A DNA stretch of 64,000 nt from Carcharhinus longimanus (taxonomy: Eukaryota): assembly GCA_030264375.1 (NCBI GenBank), contig JASCQW010000027.1, positions 83,682,360-83,746,359 on the forward strand. Direction: 5' to 3'. The notes beneath the pieces are model-generated. The model saw nothing but the letters and a program-made list of their open reading frames with translations, ran no database searches and had not been told where the DNA came from. Shown here piece by piece: positions 61,950-64,000 of this stretch; the first letter of the stretch is position 1; each line of letters opens with the position of its first letter. The translations under genes and the position numbers were made by a program.

Positions 61950-62580
61950 AGCCTGTTTTTTTATGGCCACTATTACATAAGAAATGCCAATAGAGCGCAG
62001 GATTCATTTTTAGGGGAATAGACTTAAAAAGTAGAGAGGATATGTTAAAGTTGGCTCAAACCACTTAGAGTCTTGTGTAGAGTACTGTAGAGTCCAGACC
62101 AGTGCATTACATAAAAGGTAAAGAAGCATTGAATTACATGCAAAAAACATTTACAAGGATGTTACCAGAACTGAGAGTAGTCTGGAAAGTCTCAACATGC
62201 TCTTTTTTCAAGTAAGAAAAGACAAGTCTTCAAATTATGAAGGGATTTGGTAGGATTTACATAGAAAAGATGTTTCCACTTGTGGGATATTCAGAACTAG
62301 GAGGTTATAAATATAAGATACTGATAAATCCAAATGAAGAATCCAAATACCACAGTAGTTAGAATGAGGAATTTGACGAATGAGGAACGTGGATTAAGTG
62401 AGACATATAACATAGATGTCATTTAAGGGAAAGCTGGATAAGTATAAGAGGGAGAAAGAAGTGGGAGAATATGCTGTCAGTTTTAAATGAAGTAGGATAG
62501 AAAGAGGCTTGCATGGAGCATAAATGCCAACATTGACCAGTTAAGTTGAATGGCTTGTTTTTCTGTGATAATTTCTATGT
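61950..62580 (+). mobile_element. Old CR1 LINE 3' part
   Basis: aaaaacatttacaaggatgttaccag, gtcttcaaattatgaagggatttg and 3' ttgaatggcttgtttttctgtg...ttctatgt. Confidence 0.7.
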
Positions 62581-63219
62581 ACTACCTGTGAGAAAATGGT
62601 TAAGTACTTTTGAGTTCAATTGGAGGTGAATTACTGTTGTTGGTATTTTTCTGGATCGACAATAGTTTGACTCTTGGGAAGAAGCCAGGCAACCTAATGG
62701 TCAGATAAGCTGGTTGTGAATAATTACATTTTTTTCTCTGTTTGTATACAATTGTTTACAGATTGTACAGCTGTGGGTTGTATTTTATTAAAAAATCTCA
62801 TTACAGGAGTGTTATATAGAATGTGGGGATAACCAGAGATTATGAAGGTTCTTACAGATTTAAATATAGATTGATTATATGGAAATTTGGCTGGGAACAA
62901 AATGATGTAATAGTCAGTCAGCTATGAATGTGTTTCTAGAGAAGTAACTTGACTTTCTACTCTGTGCTTCCAGCTAAAGGCTTCCTCCCAGAAGCACAAC
63001 TTGTAAAATCTACCCCGATATTGATGAACTCAACAATCCAACGAGTAGCAAAGTCACAAATGGACAAAAAAGAAAAATAGGGAGGAAAATAGGCTGGTGA
63101 GCTATTCCAGTGGATTCATTCCATCTGATGCCACATCTCGGATTTTCTGCCATTATAGCGTTGTAGGTGCTCCAAAATATGGATGCTATAATCTATATTG
63201 ATAATATGGGTTATGGGGG

Positions 63220-63460
63220 GAGATGGTGATTTAGTGGTGATGTAATCCAGAGACTCAGGCTGATGCTCTGGGGTCATGGGTTCAAATCCCACCAAGGCAG
63301 CTGAAAAAAAATCTGGAATTGAAAGCTAGTTTCAATAATGGTGACCATGCAGTCATCATCAGTAGTTGTAAAACTTAATGGCTGATCAAGCTACACAGTT
63401 CAAGGGCAATTCAGAATAAGCAACAAATGCTGGCCTCACCAATAATGCCCATATCCCAAT
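63220..63460 (+). mobile_element. tRNA SINE with L2/Crack-like tail, internally deleted
   Basis: gggttcaaatcccaccaaggcag...cagttcaagggcaattcag...aaatgctggcc. Confidence 0.7.
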
Positions 63461-63644
63461 AATATTATGTGCCAATTATATGCCATAATATGTACTTTCT
63501 GCCATTTGAACTTTAACATGGTTTGATACAAAAATGTGATGATAGTCTCCTGGTGTCCACCATTTGAGAGAGCATTGATTACAGGGTACTAGACAAGGCA
63601 GGAAACATAAGTACTGAAGACCTTTTGTAGACCAAGTGGTCATG

Positions 63645-64000
63645 TGGATGTTAAGATAATGTGAGTGTCAAAAGGGGTCATTGTTCGGGAGCTCGGGAGT
63701 TCTCCTGGAGTGTGGACAGAGACACACATGTAAGAGTTGCCTGGTTACCGTTAATAAATATCTACTGTTGTTCGCCCCTGGTTTCCAGTTGTTGGAACTG
63801 AATAAATCTACATGGTGTCAGGGATCGGCAGACAAATCATAGAAGGCACAAGTGTCCACTCTCCTAAATTTAGTGGGTCCGAAGGCAGTTGAGAAATACA
63901 AATCCTTTGTTTTTCAAACAGAGGAAGAGAAGGAGCAAGTTTAAATATCGCTGAGAAGCTTTGAACACATAGGCATGCCAGTAAAGCATCTCATACTGGA
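63645..64000 (+). mobile_element. Gypsy element 5' end: LTR, tRNA-Leu-like PBS and gag relic
   Basis: LTR ends aataaatctaca, then tggtgtcagg (63813-63822); QVSTLLNLVGPKAVEKYKSFVF resembles the Gypsy gag N-terminus. Confidence 0.7.

Overview
This is vertebrate, almost certainly shark (elasmobranch), intergenic or intronic DNA from a gapped draft assembly with nine N-runs. I could not recognise any host protein-coding gene; almost all ORF-track ORFs are decayed transposon reading frames or noise. Family names come from motif recognition, not a database search, and most boundaries are approximate. The window is a nested mosaic of mobile elements. SINEs: HE1/V-domain tRNA SINEs in two tail variants, a Deu-domain SacSINE1-like SINE, and a further tRNA SINE. 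LINEs: CR1/HER1, Rex1/Babar, L2/Crack-like and Tx1 fragments. Others: at least three Penelope-like families carrying minimal hammerhead-ribozyme motifs, Gypsy LTR elements, and PIF/Harbinger relics. Repeat-free islands between them look like enhancers or exons. Most interesting: (1) a ~300-bp poly(A)-tailed element with two U2 snRNA heads, in which the U2 branch-point helix is folded back onto its own antisense copy (59.6-59.9 kb); (2) short palindromic Penelope derivatives with a hammerhead in or at the arms, one with a 13-bp TSD; (3) a V-SINE variant whose CR1-type tail is replaced by a Rex1/Babar-type tail; (4) candidate minus-strand spliced exons at 60.4-60.7, 42.6-42.9 and 40.0-40.1 kb, one set giving a 58-aa smORF in a CpG-rich island.
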